This document shows positions 17,001 to 27,531 of a stretch of 64,000 bases of DNA, piece by piece. The notes beneath the pieces were generated by a model that worked only from the letters and a program-made list of their open reading frames with translations, searched no databases and was not told the DNA's origin. The stretch's first letter is position 1. Each line of letters starts with the position of its first letter. Source of the DNA: the human T2T-CHM13v2.0 reference genome, Homo sapiens; NCBI RefSeq assembly GCF_009914755.1, contig NC_060944.1; one strand, written 5' to 3'. The translations under genes were made by a program, and so were the position numbers.

Positions 17001-19699
17001 CTGGATGTTCCCCCAGCACCAGTCCCTGGATGTACCATCAGGTCCAGGGAGGGGTTTGGCCCCCAGGGGCACTGGGAGCAAGACATCCCTCCATCCTTAC
17101 CAGACTTCAGTGGTGAAGGGGGCGCTGTTTGGTCCCCAGGGGCTGAGGGACCTGTCTGAGGTCACACCGCTGAGAAGTGGCCCCAGTCAGACCGACCTTC
17201 CAGTCCAGCCGACTCCAGACCCCATGCTCATTTCCAACCCATGAGAAAGGAAGGAGAGGGGGTGGGGGGAAGGCGACCCTCCAGGGACCTTAGCGACCTC
17301 TCCCAGCCTCCTCCAGCCGGCCACCTCCAGCCCTGCCTGCTGAGAGGCCCGGCGCTTAATGACGTTAGCACAGTGCTGTCCGCTGCGAGCAGGTGTGTGC
17401 ACCGCCAACAATGGAGCAATTTTCGGTAATGATGGGGAGGCCTGCAGCGGCGCCAGAGCTGCTTCCTGCCCGCGGGGGCGAGGGGCCTGCTGAGCTGCAG
17501 CCAGGCAGGGAGAGTGGTGCCAACTGGATTCGGAGGGCCAGGCAGAGGCCACTCACCAACCGCTGCTCCATCCACCCCCGAGCGTGGCCGAGCCCATTCT
17601 GCAGGGGAAGAAGCCGAGGCCCAGGGAGCCCCGGCCTGGCCTCTTAGACGGGCAGGGACAGGAAGGGTCGGGGCTGGCACCCTCCCAGGAAGTCTGGATT
17701 CTAGTCCCAGCCTTAATGCAGACCTGCTGGGTGGGCTGGGGCAATCCCCGTCCGCCAGGCCTCAGTTTCCCCTCCAGACACACTTTCTGCCTGACCTGGG
17801 CAACTGGGACCTCGGGCTCCACAGCCCACCCCCTGCTCCTCTCTTTTCTTTCCCCCAGCTCCTGCCCCAGCTTGGCTGAGTGGGGTCTTGTGCCCGGCAC
17901 GATGGAGGGACCCCGGTGGCACTCCATAGATGCTTCCCGTGAGGATCAGCAGAGCTGAGGTTCAGTTCTGAGGCCCACAGAGGCTTCCTGGATGTCCCAC
18001 TCTGCTCTCCATCCCAGGGGGTACCCCCACCAGCAACTGCACACAGTGGTGTCCCCCAAGAGGGCACAGTCCACGGGAGTGGGGGGAGCTACTTACACCT
18101 GCCTGGTGCCCAGAACACAGTAGGCACTCAGGGACAGCATGATGGAGCCAAAAGAGCATGGGCTTCAGAGTCACACCTGGCGTCCAGTCCTGGCTGCACT
18201 CCCAACTGCCGAGGGTGGCGTGGGACAGAGGTGTCACCAGCCTCCCAAACCCTGGTTCTCATATCTGTAGAACGAAGCAGGTCCGTGCCTCCCAAGATGG
18301 CTTCAAGGGCATAGGGTTCCCCACCTGGACCTGGCACCCAGGAGAGTGCCAGTAAATGTTGGACGAAAGGCTCTTCATACCTCCAGGCCCGGCTATAAGC
18401 ACTGGGTGGTCTGGGGGCCCAGAGAGACAGTGCCAGGCAGCCATGTGTCCCCCAGGTCAGGGCTCCAGAAGCCTTGCCTGGGGCCCCAGCTGTCCCTCGC
18501 TGTGGCCCTGGCTCACCAGTAACTGGGCCTTTCCTACAGGACGGAAATGGGGTTGCCTGCTGGGCACCCTGAGAGCTCAGGGGCTTCATCCCAAGCTGGG
18601 AAGGATCCTTACCCAGCATGTGCCCAGAACCTGTCCCAGGGGCACCCCAGAACCAGCACGAGGCAGGTGAGGTGGCCAGACACACAGCCAGTGGCAGCCT
18701 CTGAGGGCCTGGGCCCCTATTTCCTGAGGACCGCCCAGGGCCTGGCTGCAGCCCTGTCTCCTGCAACAGAAGGGCCGAGGGTGGCCCCGCTAGGTGGCCA
18801 GGCTACCCACATGCACCATGGTAGCCCCCTGTGTCCCCAGCATGCCCTGTTCCTCAGGGACTCAAGGCTGGCTGTTCGTTGGTCCAGCTCACAGAAGCTC
18901 AGGGACCACATGAGTGCTTGCCCTGTGCAGCCCACTCCCCACCACCATGCCTGGCACACAGTAGGTGCTCAGTAAACAGCAGTGGCCTGGGTGGGCAGAC
19001 ACCCAGGCGGCAGCTCCAGCCCGGGGCCCGCAGGCTCTGTCTCCCCTCCCAAATGCTCACTCACAGAGAGAGGCCCCCTTGTGTGTTTGTTTGCTGCAGA
19101 ACTCGGGCCCAATAGACTCGGTGTCTTTCTTCTCTCCTCCTCCATCCCGCACAGGAGCTCCAGGGAGCAGCAGTTTCCAGAGATTGAAGGCAAAATTGCT
19201 TGAAAGCCTGTGCTTGTATCCTCCAATTTGTAGCCATTTAGCAGGGCCGGGCGGAGGGGCAGCCAGGGCTCTGCTGGGTTGTCGGCACAGAAGCATCCAT
19301 CACTGCAGAGAACAGTTCTTTGTCCTTTCCCAGACAGCTCTCGGCTATGGGAACAACACCCGCTGCGGAGCCAGGCTGGGTGGTACTGGGGGCCCACAGG
19401 GGAGGCCAACGGCTGGCCTGCTGGAGGAGCCTCAGGGCCTCCCAGAGGCAGAAGGGGCGCCCCACTCTGAAAGTGACATCTGCCATCATGCTTCCAGCTC
19501 CGCTTGGGACTGTGCCCAGCCCCAGGGGCAGAGGTGCACACGGGCTGGGGCTAGAATTATGAAGAAGGCCCAGGTGTCCCCAGTCTTGCCCCTCCCTCTG
19601 TCACTAAGAGGGGCCTTGTGTGGCTTCTGCCCAGGAAGAGGAGCCTGTCTCGGAGGGGTCACTTGAGTGTCTGGGAAGCAGTCAGAAGTCCAGGAGCCG

Positions 19700-20890
19700 G
19701 AAGGAGAGCAGGGATGGGGGGTAAGGAGAGGGGGGATGGGTGGGGGAAGGAGAGCAGGGATGGGGGGGTAAGGAGAGGGGGGATGGGTGGGGGAAGGAGA
19801 GCGGGGATGGGGGGAGGGAGAGTGGGGATGGGGGGTAAGGAGAGCGGGGATGGGTGGGGGAAGGAGAGCGGGGATGGGGGAGGGAGAGCGGGGATGGGTG
19901 GGGGAAGGAGAGCGGGGATGGGGGAGGGAGAGCAGGGATGGGGGGAAGGGAGAGCAGGGATGGGGGGAAGGAGAGTGGGGATGGGGGGTAAGGAGAGCGG
20001 GGATGGGTGGGGGAAGGAGAGCGGGGATGGGGGAGGGAGAGCGGGGATGGGGGAAGGGAGAGCAGGGATGGGGGGTAAGGAGAGCGGGGATGGGGGAGGG
20101 AGAGCGGGGATGGGGGAAGGGAGAGCAAGGATGGGGGGGAAGGAGAGTGGGGATGGGTGGGGGAAGGAGAGTGGGGATGGGTGGGGGAAGGAGAGTGGGG
20201 ATGGGTGGGGGAAGGAGAGTGGGGATGGGGGGGAAGGAGAGCGGGGATGGGTGGGGGAAGGAGAGCGGGGATGGGGGAGGGAGAGCGGGGATGGGGGAAG
20301 GGAGAGCAAGGATGGGGGGGAAGGAGAGTGGGGATGGGTGGGGGAAGGAGAGCGGGGATGGGGGAGGGAGAGCGGGGATGGGGGAAGGGAGAGCAAGGAT
20401 GGGGGGGAAGGAGAGCGGGGATGGGTGGGGGAAGGAGAGCGGGGATGGGGGGGAAGGAGAGCGGGGATGGGTGGGGGAAGGAGAGCGGGGATGGGGGAGG
20501 GAGAGCGGGGATGGGGGAAGGGAGAGCAAGGATGGGGGGGAGGGAGAGTGGGGATGGGTGGGGGAAGGAGAGCGGGGATGGGGGAGGGAGAGCGGGGATG
20601 GGGGAAGGGAGAGCAAGGATGGGGGGGAGGGAGAGTGGGGATGGGTGGGGGAAGGAGAGCGGGGATGGGGGAGGGAGAGCGGGGATGGGGGAAGGGAGAG
20701 CAAGGATGGGGGGGAGGGAGAGTGGGGATGGGTGGGGGAAGGAGAGCGGGGATGGGGGGGAAGGAGAGCGGGGATGGGTGGGGGAAGGAGAGCGGGGATG
20801 GGGGAGGGAGAGCGGGGATGGGGGAAGGGAGAGCAAGGATGGGGGGGAAGGAGAGTGGGGATGGGTTGGGGGAAGGAGAGTGGGCATGGG
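19700..20890. repeat. G-rich minisatellite (VNTR) of 20-24 bp variant units
   Basis: Units such as GGGGATGGGTGGGGGAAGGAGAGC and GGGGATGGGGGAGGGAGAGC over about 1.2 kb. Confidence 0.97.
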
Positions 20891-22112
20891 GGTTGGAGGG
20901 GGGTGTGGAGCTTCAGATTCTGGGAGAAGTTTCCGGGGAGTTTGGAAAACAAAAGTGCAGGTCTAGCTTCTAGCTTCAGGGCGTGAAAAAGGTCTGGAGG
21001 TGAGGCATTTTGCTGTTAGCTTCCCCTCTGCAGTGCTGAGAGCTGGCATGGCTGGGAAGCGGTGCTTTGAGGGGGAGATGCACGTCTCCCTGCCCAGGTG
21101 GACCCTCCACCCACCCCCAGCACTGGCTGTGAGAGTAGCCAGAAAATGGCGAGATTCTCTCCCTGGGTAGGAAGGAAAGATATGAGCAGAAGCGTGCCTA
21201 GCAAGGCTGCACTGTCGGAAGTAGAGTGGGCTCAGAGACGTCAGGACCCTGGAGGCTGGAGCTGGGGGACGGGACGTTGGGGGAGGTGGCACCTGGCCCA
21301 CCGAGTTTGCCTCTCACCTAGGTTGGGCTTGTCTGGTTTCCAAGTGGCCTCTGAGCACCTGGGTGTGGGCCAGCATCTGCCTGGGTTCGGGCTGGTGTCT
21401 GCCTCCCTCTCCTGGGGCCCCTGGAGCAGGTGCAACGGCCTTCGGGATTAAAGGCTCACGGGCCACAGCGAAGGGTGCTACCTTCCCTCCCTCCATCTTC
21501 CTCCCAGCGTCCTCATCCTGCACCCTCAGTCCCCCCTCCAGGCCTTTGTCCAGGACAGCTCCTCTCCCAAAGATGCCTTCGCTCCAGGGCTCATCCCTTC
21601 TAGCAGCCCCTCCAGCCTAGCTCCAGCCAGCTAGCCCAATCCCTCCCCTCTGGTCACTGCAGTCCCTTTGCCACCCAGACCCTGCACACGCTGGGCATGG
21701 CCATGATCCTCCCTGGGTCCCAAGTTTTGCTGGGGTGCAACCCTGCTCCTGACCAAGAAAGATGAGGCACCTGTCCTGGGGGCAGGAAGGCTGCATGTCT
21801 GTGTTCTCAGGGCCAGAGCGGGCCCCTCCTGTGCAGGGCGTGGGCTGCATCTCCTCACCCGCCAGCCAGGTCTTGAGAAGTGCAGGGGTCTGGCGGTAGG
21901 GCACATGAAACCCTTCTTGGGATTAAACCCTGGTGTGGCAGGCTGGTCTTTCATCCCCACTGCAGTCCCCCGACTTAGAAGAAAACACAGAGCCCTCATC
22001 CTCACGCCTGCTTCTCAGTGGTTTCTGGACTCCCTGGAGTCTCTCCTCAAAGCACGAAGGCTCTGAGCACCCCACAAAGTCCTCAGGAATCAGCACCAAT
22101 AAAAAAATACAC

Positions 22113-22118
22113 TTTATT
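22113..22118 (-). terminator. HRH3: HRH3 polyadenylation signal AATAAA
   Basis: tttatt on the + strand, about 1 kb past the stop, followed on the - strand by a GT/T-rich tract. Confidence 0.8.
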
Positions 22119-22508
22119 GTGACCTCACGGTTTGCAGGGCAGCGCAGCGGGCACAGGCAGAGGAGCATGCAGAGCGCGTGGCACGGGTGCACAGCACATG
22201 GCGAAGCGGCCCCTGCCCGGGCACCTCCTCTGGACCGCCCCTGCACGCCTTGGGACCCTCGGGCCCAGCCGGGCCCCCTCCTCCCAACAACCCCCAGAGG
22301 TCCTGGGTGAGCAAACAGAGTGGCCGGGGCAGGCTTGGCCACCAGGGCTGGTGTGAGCCCAGAGGCGGGGTGGGCAGAAGCAGCTGGCACAGCTCAGCCG
22401 GAAGCCTTAGCGGAGGGAGGAGGGCGTGGGAGCCCACACCTGCCAATCCAGCCCTGAGCTCCTCAGCAATTTTGTCTCTCTTGATTAAACATCCCAGGAA
22501 CATCAAGT

Positions 22509-22536
22509 TCACAGACATGTTTTCTTCTTCATCTTT
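22509..22536 (-). CDS. HRH3: HRH3 alternative terminal coding segment (453-aa isoform tail KMKKKTCL)
   Basis: Donor AA|GTGAGT at 23139 overlaps the normal stop codon. Acceptor ttttcag ends at 22537. The join reads WK-KMKKKTCL-stop (+8 aa), matching the known H3(453) isoform. Confidence 0.85.
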
Positions 22537-23135
22537 CTGAAAACACCCAGAATGGAAAAGCAGAGAACAGCTTCGAGGTTCCTAGGGCCCCTTGACACTT
22601 TTGGGGGCAGAGAGAGTTGGTGGGAAGAGGGGTGAAAGGGCCAGGCCTGAGGCTTATGCAAGAGACAGAAGGCAGCAAAGGCAGTGTCCTGGGCTTGTCC
22701 GGGGAGAGGGACGGTGTGCAGGTGTGTGCAGGGGTGTGCAGGTGTGTGCACGTGCAGAGGCAAACTGCTAGGGCAGGAAGCCTGGAGCACACCCAGGTGC
22801 TTGCTTTGGGAAGAACACCAACCAGTAACTGCGAAGGGTGGGCACCAGCAGGGGGTGGGCAGCATGTCTGGGACCTCCAGACTGTCCCTCCCGGTGGAGC
22901 CAGAATGTGGGGGGCAGGGCCGGCCACCCAGCCTCCAGTCCAGCCAGTGAGGGGCCCTCTGGCCAACCCAGGAAGGCGCCTCCATGGCAGGGTGGCTGCC
23001 GTGGCATTAAGAGAGGGCCACAGACACGGCGGGGCTCACCCCTGGGGGAACGAGCCGGGTAGGGGGCAGCAGGGCCAGATGCCCAGGAGACCTGGGCTGA
23101 GAGAGGCGTGGCTGAGGGAGGCTCTGGTGGGCCAC

Positions 23136-24056
23136 TCACTTCCAGCAGTGCTCCAGGGAGCTGTGGGGCTGGATTTTGAGCTTCTGGGGGCAGAGCAGCT
23201 TGGTGAAGGCCCGGCGGAAGCTGTGGTGGCACAGAGGGTAGAGGACAGGGTTGACAGCCGAGTTGGCCCACAGGAGCCAGAAGGAGGTTTCGTACCAGTA
23301 GTCAGGGACGCAGTGGCCATGGCAGGCGGCCCGGATGATCATCAGCAGCGTGTATGGGGCCCAGCAGAGCCCAAAGATGCTCACGATGACGGCCAGCGAC
23401 TTGGCCACTTTCCTGTCCCGAGACAGCCGAAAGCGCTGGGTGAAGCTCTGGGACACCATCTTCATGCGCTTCTCCAGCGAGGCCGAGGACGCCGACGGCT
23501 TGGAGCCCCTCTTGAGTGAGCGCGGCCTCTCAGTGCCCCTCGAGGAGCTGCCGGAGCTGGAGGTGGGTGAAGCCACGGAGCCGCCCCCACCGCCACCCCC
23601 GAGGGTCGCCTCCCCGGCCTCAGCGCCTACGGCCGCCTCACCCACCCCATACCTGTGCAGCGGCATGGCCTCCCCGTGCCCCTTCTGCCAGCAGCCCCAG
23701 CAGCCAGGCGGTGGGGGTGGTGAGGGCTGGGCCTCGGGAGGGGGCTCGGGGCCGGCTGCCTCTCGAGCCCCATCCAGCCGGAGGCGGGTGCGCCTCTGGA
23801 TGTTCAGGTAGATGCTGAGGTTAAAGAAGGTGACGCTGAGGAAGGGCGTAAAGAACTCCAGGGTGGAAGCCGTGATGAGGAAGTACCAGTTGTAGAAGAA
23901 CTCGGCATAGCAGTGGCCCTCGGGGATGGAGCTGCCCCCGGACAGGTACTCCCAGCTCAGGATGGCTGGTCCGTACAGCAGGAAGGCCAGCACCCACACC
24001 AGCAGCATCTTCCGCACTGCCCGCCGCGTGTCACCCTGCTGGGCCCGGTATGAGAC
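23136..24056 (-). CDS. HRH3: Histamine H3 receptor coding exon 3 (TM4-TM7, long i3 loop, stop)
   Basis: Acceptor AG at 24058-24057. Contains LEFFTP, CWAPY and NPVLY, ending HCWK-TGA. 250+167+921 = 1338 nt = 445 aa. Confidence 0.97.
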   Translation of the reverse strand, partial: VSYRAQQGDTRRAVRKMLLVWVLAFLLYGPAILSWEYLSGGSSIPEGHCYAEFFYNWYFLITASTLEFFTPFLSVTFFNLSIYLNIQRRTRLRLDGAREAAGPEPPPEAQPSPPPPPGCWGCWQKGHGEAMPLHRYGVGEAAVGAEAGEATLGGGGGGGSVASPTSSSGSSSRGTERPRSLKRGSKPSASSASLEKRMKMVSQSFTQRFRLSRDRKVAKSLAVIVSIFGLCWAPYTLLMIIRAACHGHCVPDYWYETSFWLLWANSAVNPVLYPLCHHSFRRAFTKLLCPQKLKIQPHSSLEHCWK

Positions 24057-25620
24057 CTGCAGAAGGGCAGGCTGGTCAGGGGCGGGGCGGAAGGAATATT
24101 GGGCTGGGTGCGCCCCCGTAGCCTGTGGGCCCCTATGTGGGCCCTTCCCTCAGCAGCAATGCTCCTCCTTTCCCCTCCTGTCCTCCCTCCCTCCCTCTTT
24201 CCCCTCCCTTCCTCTAACCCTCCCCACTGGGGTCCCGGACTGGTGCCCTGCCACACTCAGTGAGAGCCTCAGAAGCTCCCTGGGACCAACCTGAACCCTC
24301 ACTCTCTGCTAGGCTGCCTGTTTACCACCCCCTACCAGCTGTGAGCTCCCTGGGGGTCCTGTCCTTGGCCCCTGCACCCTTGGGACCAGACTCAGCATCA
24401 GCCCCAGACCACGTGCACACACAGCTGTTTCTGACATGATGCATCCTGATCCTGCAAAGGCCCGAGCCATCTGCAGAGGTTGGGGTGGGAGGTCCAGCCC
24501 CACTCCTGCACAGGTGCTCGCACCCCTGGGAGCTGGAGGTGCAGGGGTGAAGCCACAAGTTGGCCCACTGCTGGGAGACATCCCCCGCCCCGCCACAGAA
24601 CAAAGCATCCCAGATCGACATCAGGGCCTCTTGGGAAGAAGAGGGAGAGAGGGCAGGGCCCTCCTCAGGGCAGAGAGCAACCAGCTGGTGGGGGCAGGGG
24701 GCAGGAGGGCCAAGGGATCCCACTGAGGGGTCTCAGGTAGGACAGCTCGAGGAGGAGGACCTGAGAGCCCCTGCCACCCTCCCCCACCAGCCTGATGGCG
24801 TTTACCTTGGTGACGGTGGGAGCAATGTTCACAGCTATTGCTAATGAGAGGTGGGCAGAGCACCCCCATGCCAGGCTCTCTGCTCGGCCGCTTTACCCTT
24901 CGTGGCAGCTCTCCTTGTGCCCCATGCCTGGTGGCTCCAGGAAAGGAGGGAGAGACCACAGGGGGATGGGCTCAAGAGGAACCCAAAGCCATGCTCTTTG
25001 CACCCTGTCTCTTAGCCTTTCTAGGCTAGAACCAAACAACCTGCCCTCAGTCCTGCAGAGGCCCTCATAAAGCCCTGGGGACGTGAGCTGCCAAGGAGAT
25101 GAGAAGGGGAAGGTGTGACTTCAGCAGCGGCTCCCTGGGCTGCATGGCCCCGATGCGGGAACCTGGGTGGGGCAGGGTCCCTGACTCAGGTGGCCGCTCC
25201 CACAAAGGGAAATCTGCGGAGCCAGGATCTGCCGCCTGCCTTCCCGGGGCCTGTGTGTGTGTGCACGCTGCACACACGCATGTGGGAGGGATGTCACCCA
25301 GGGCGTCTGGCCCCAGATCCTCCCTTAACTCCGGGGACTGTGGACCTGCCCCAGGGCGGGGGCTGCAGCGACAGCCCTGCCTTCAGGACCATCTGCATCC
25401 AGATTCCCCGTCTCCTGCCTGGGCCAGGTCAGTCTGGCTGCAGCCATGGCCCCGAGTGGGCAGCTGGCCGTCGAGTGGCCCATGTGTCAGCAGCAAAGCC
25501 AGTGGGACCAAGCCCACTTCTGCCCACAACTCAGAAGTGGCCGTCCCCACCCAGGTGCCTCCCATGGGCGTCCCGACTGTCCCTGCGGAGTGAACAGGAG
25601 CTCCGCAGCCCAGGACTCAC

Positions 25621-25787
25621 CGCTCGGGTGACCGACAGGAAGCGGTCGTAGCTGATGAGCACGATGTTGAAGGCAGAGGAGGTGCACAGCAGGTAGTCCA
25701 CTACCAGCCACAGCTTGCAGAGGCCCCGGCCGAAGGTCCAGCGGCCTGTCAGCACGTAGGGTACATACAGTGGGATGCAGAAGGCGC
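25621..25787 (-). CDS. HRH3: Histamine H3 receptor coding exon 2 (TM2-TM3)
   Basis: Acceptor cag at 25790-25788, donor gtgagt at 25620. 167 nt containing the aminergic Asp3.32 (VVDYLLC) and the DRF motif. Confidence 0.97.
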
Positions 25788-26850
25788 CTGTGGGGAGTAG
25801 GGCCACAGTGGGACCATGCAGCCAGGGGCCAGGGGACAGACGGACCTAAGCGCAGACACCGGCGGGACCTGGGGTCACATGGTGGCTGCTTTTCTGGAAC
25901 TAGCCATCCTCATCTTACCACCCCTCCACCTGGTGTCAGCCACAAACTCTGCCCTGCCGCCAGCCTTCACCCCCACATAGCTCCCAGCACTATCTGTGTC
26001 CCCTGGGCCTGGGGGCAGGAGGGATGATCCAGGCATGGGGAACTCTGGCCACCACAAGACCCCCGAGAGCCTGGAGTCGGGATTCCCTGGACTTCTGTCC
26101 AGCCCTCCCAGCCCTCAAAGGAGGAAAGAAGACAATTTCCTTCTCCCCTCCCCCGCTGGACTCCAGCCCCTACCCTGGCGCTGGACAACCCTCGGTCTCA
26201 GCTTAGACAAGGAGAAAGCCTTTCTCCTGGCTGAAAGGGCACTTGGTTGCAGCCGCCAGCCGCCAGCCGCTACTACTACTGCCAAGCGGGCTTGGAGCGT
26301 CTGGGAGACGCACCTCACAGCCCCAACAGGTGTCTGGCGCTCCAGCCCCCTCCGCGTGCCCCGCCCCCCAGCCGGCAGCAGAGCCTGGACACGTGAGAGC
26401 ACGCTCCTCCGAGCGTCTCCCCCAACCCCCACCTTCCCCACCGTCCCTTCCCCCAACACAGCTCTAAAAATCCCCCTTCCATGTCCCCTCCCCCAGACCT
26501 TCTCTAAACCGCCCCACTGCGCCCTCCGCGCGTCCTAAGTCCGCAGCAGCCTTTGTTTGGCTACAGCGCAGGAGCCAGAGCTGCACCCGCTGCCTTTGCG
26601 CCTTGCGCCTCGCCCAGTGCCCGTGTCCCTTCCCGGGGACATCTCTCCCCAGCCCCTGTCCCGAGGCCTGAGTGGCAAGGAACTTCGCCTGTGCCCCCCA
26701 CCCCATGGGCTCCGGACGCCCCCTTCCCAGGCCGGGTCCCCTGGTGGGGCGTGTGCCTGCGGGAGCCACCCAGGTCCGTGTTCCAGTCCCCGCTGGCCCG
26801 GCCACGCTGGGCGCCCCTGGGTCCCCAGCGGCCAGGGGCTGGGGATTTAC

Positions 26851-27100
26851 CGACGAGGAAGTCGGAGATGGCGAGGTTGAGCAGGAAGAAGTTGTTCTGG
26901 GTGCGGAGGCTCGAGTCGGCCACGAAGGCGAGCATGACCAGCGCGTTGCCCAGCACCGTGGCCACGATGAGCAGCGCCATGAGCGCGGCCAGCACCGCGG
27001 TCCAGGCTGCCGAGAAGCCGCGCGCCCCGCCCGCCGCCGCCGCCTCGCCCGCCAGCGCCCCCGAAGCGTTCAGCGGCCCGTCGGGCGGCGCGCGCTCCAT
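26851..27100 (-). CDS. HRH3: Histamine H3 receptor coding exon 1 (N-terminus, TM1, part of TM2)
   Basis: Encodes MERAPPDGPLNASG...GNALV...NLAISDFLV. 250 nt, donor gtaaat at 26850. Confidence 0.97.
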
Positions 27101-27112
27101 GGCCCCGCAGGC

Positions 27113-27241
27113 TCACGCGGCTCCGGGACGCGGGGCAGGGCGCCGGCCGAGAGCTGGGCGGCCGGGAGGGGCCCCGGCCCGGGAGCCTCGTCTTTGCGGG
27201 CCCTTGGCCGGGTCGGGTTCCCCTGGGGGCGCCCAGCGCAT
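27113..27241 (-). other. Candidate 42-codon uORF in the HRH3 leader
   Basis: accATG at 27241, TGA at 27115-27113, in frame with the main ATG and ending 12 nt before it. Translation is not shown, and the TSS must lie upstream of 27241. Confidence 0.55.
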
Positions 27242-27510
27242 GGTCCGCGGGGCCGGGGCCGGGGCCAGAGCAGGCGGTGCCGAGGGGGCCGGGGCCGGAT
27301 CCGAGCCCAGTGGGGCCGGCAGCGCGGCTGCTGCAGCGGGAGAGGAGCCGGAGCCTGAGCCGCTGCCGGTGCGACCGTGCAGCCGGAGCGCAACGCGCAG
27401 CCGAGTGCGCCCCGCGCCCAGCCCACCGCCCCGCGCGCCCCGCGCAGCGCCCCCGCCATTGGCTGCCGCCCTCGCCCCGCCCCCTCCCCGCCCCCGCCCC
27501 GCCCGGCGCC

Positions 27511-27531
27511 GGCAGCACCACGGACAGCGCC
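27511..27531 (+). promoter_or_regulatory. RE1/NRSE (REST-binding site)
   Basis: GGCAGCACCACGGACAGCGCC matches the consensus TTCAGCACCACGGACAGCGCC at 19 of 21 positions. Confidence 0.9.

Noticed and set aside
19486-20986. Long Pro-rich and Gly-rich ORFs (up to 488 aa) on both strands
   Set aside because: They are translations of the VNTR, whose units rarely generate stops. The 29-aa periodicity simply reflects the 87-bp block.
22617-23818. Plus-strand ORFs of 100-300 aa opposite HRH3 exon 3
   Set aside because: Antisense shadows of a GC-rich coding exon with no recognisable domain.
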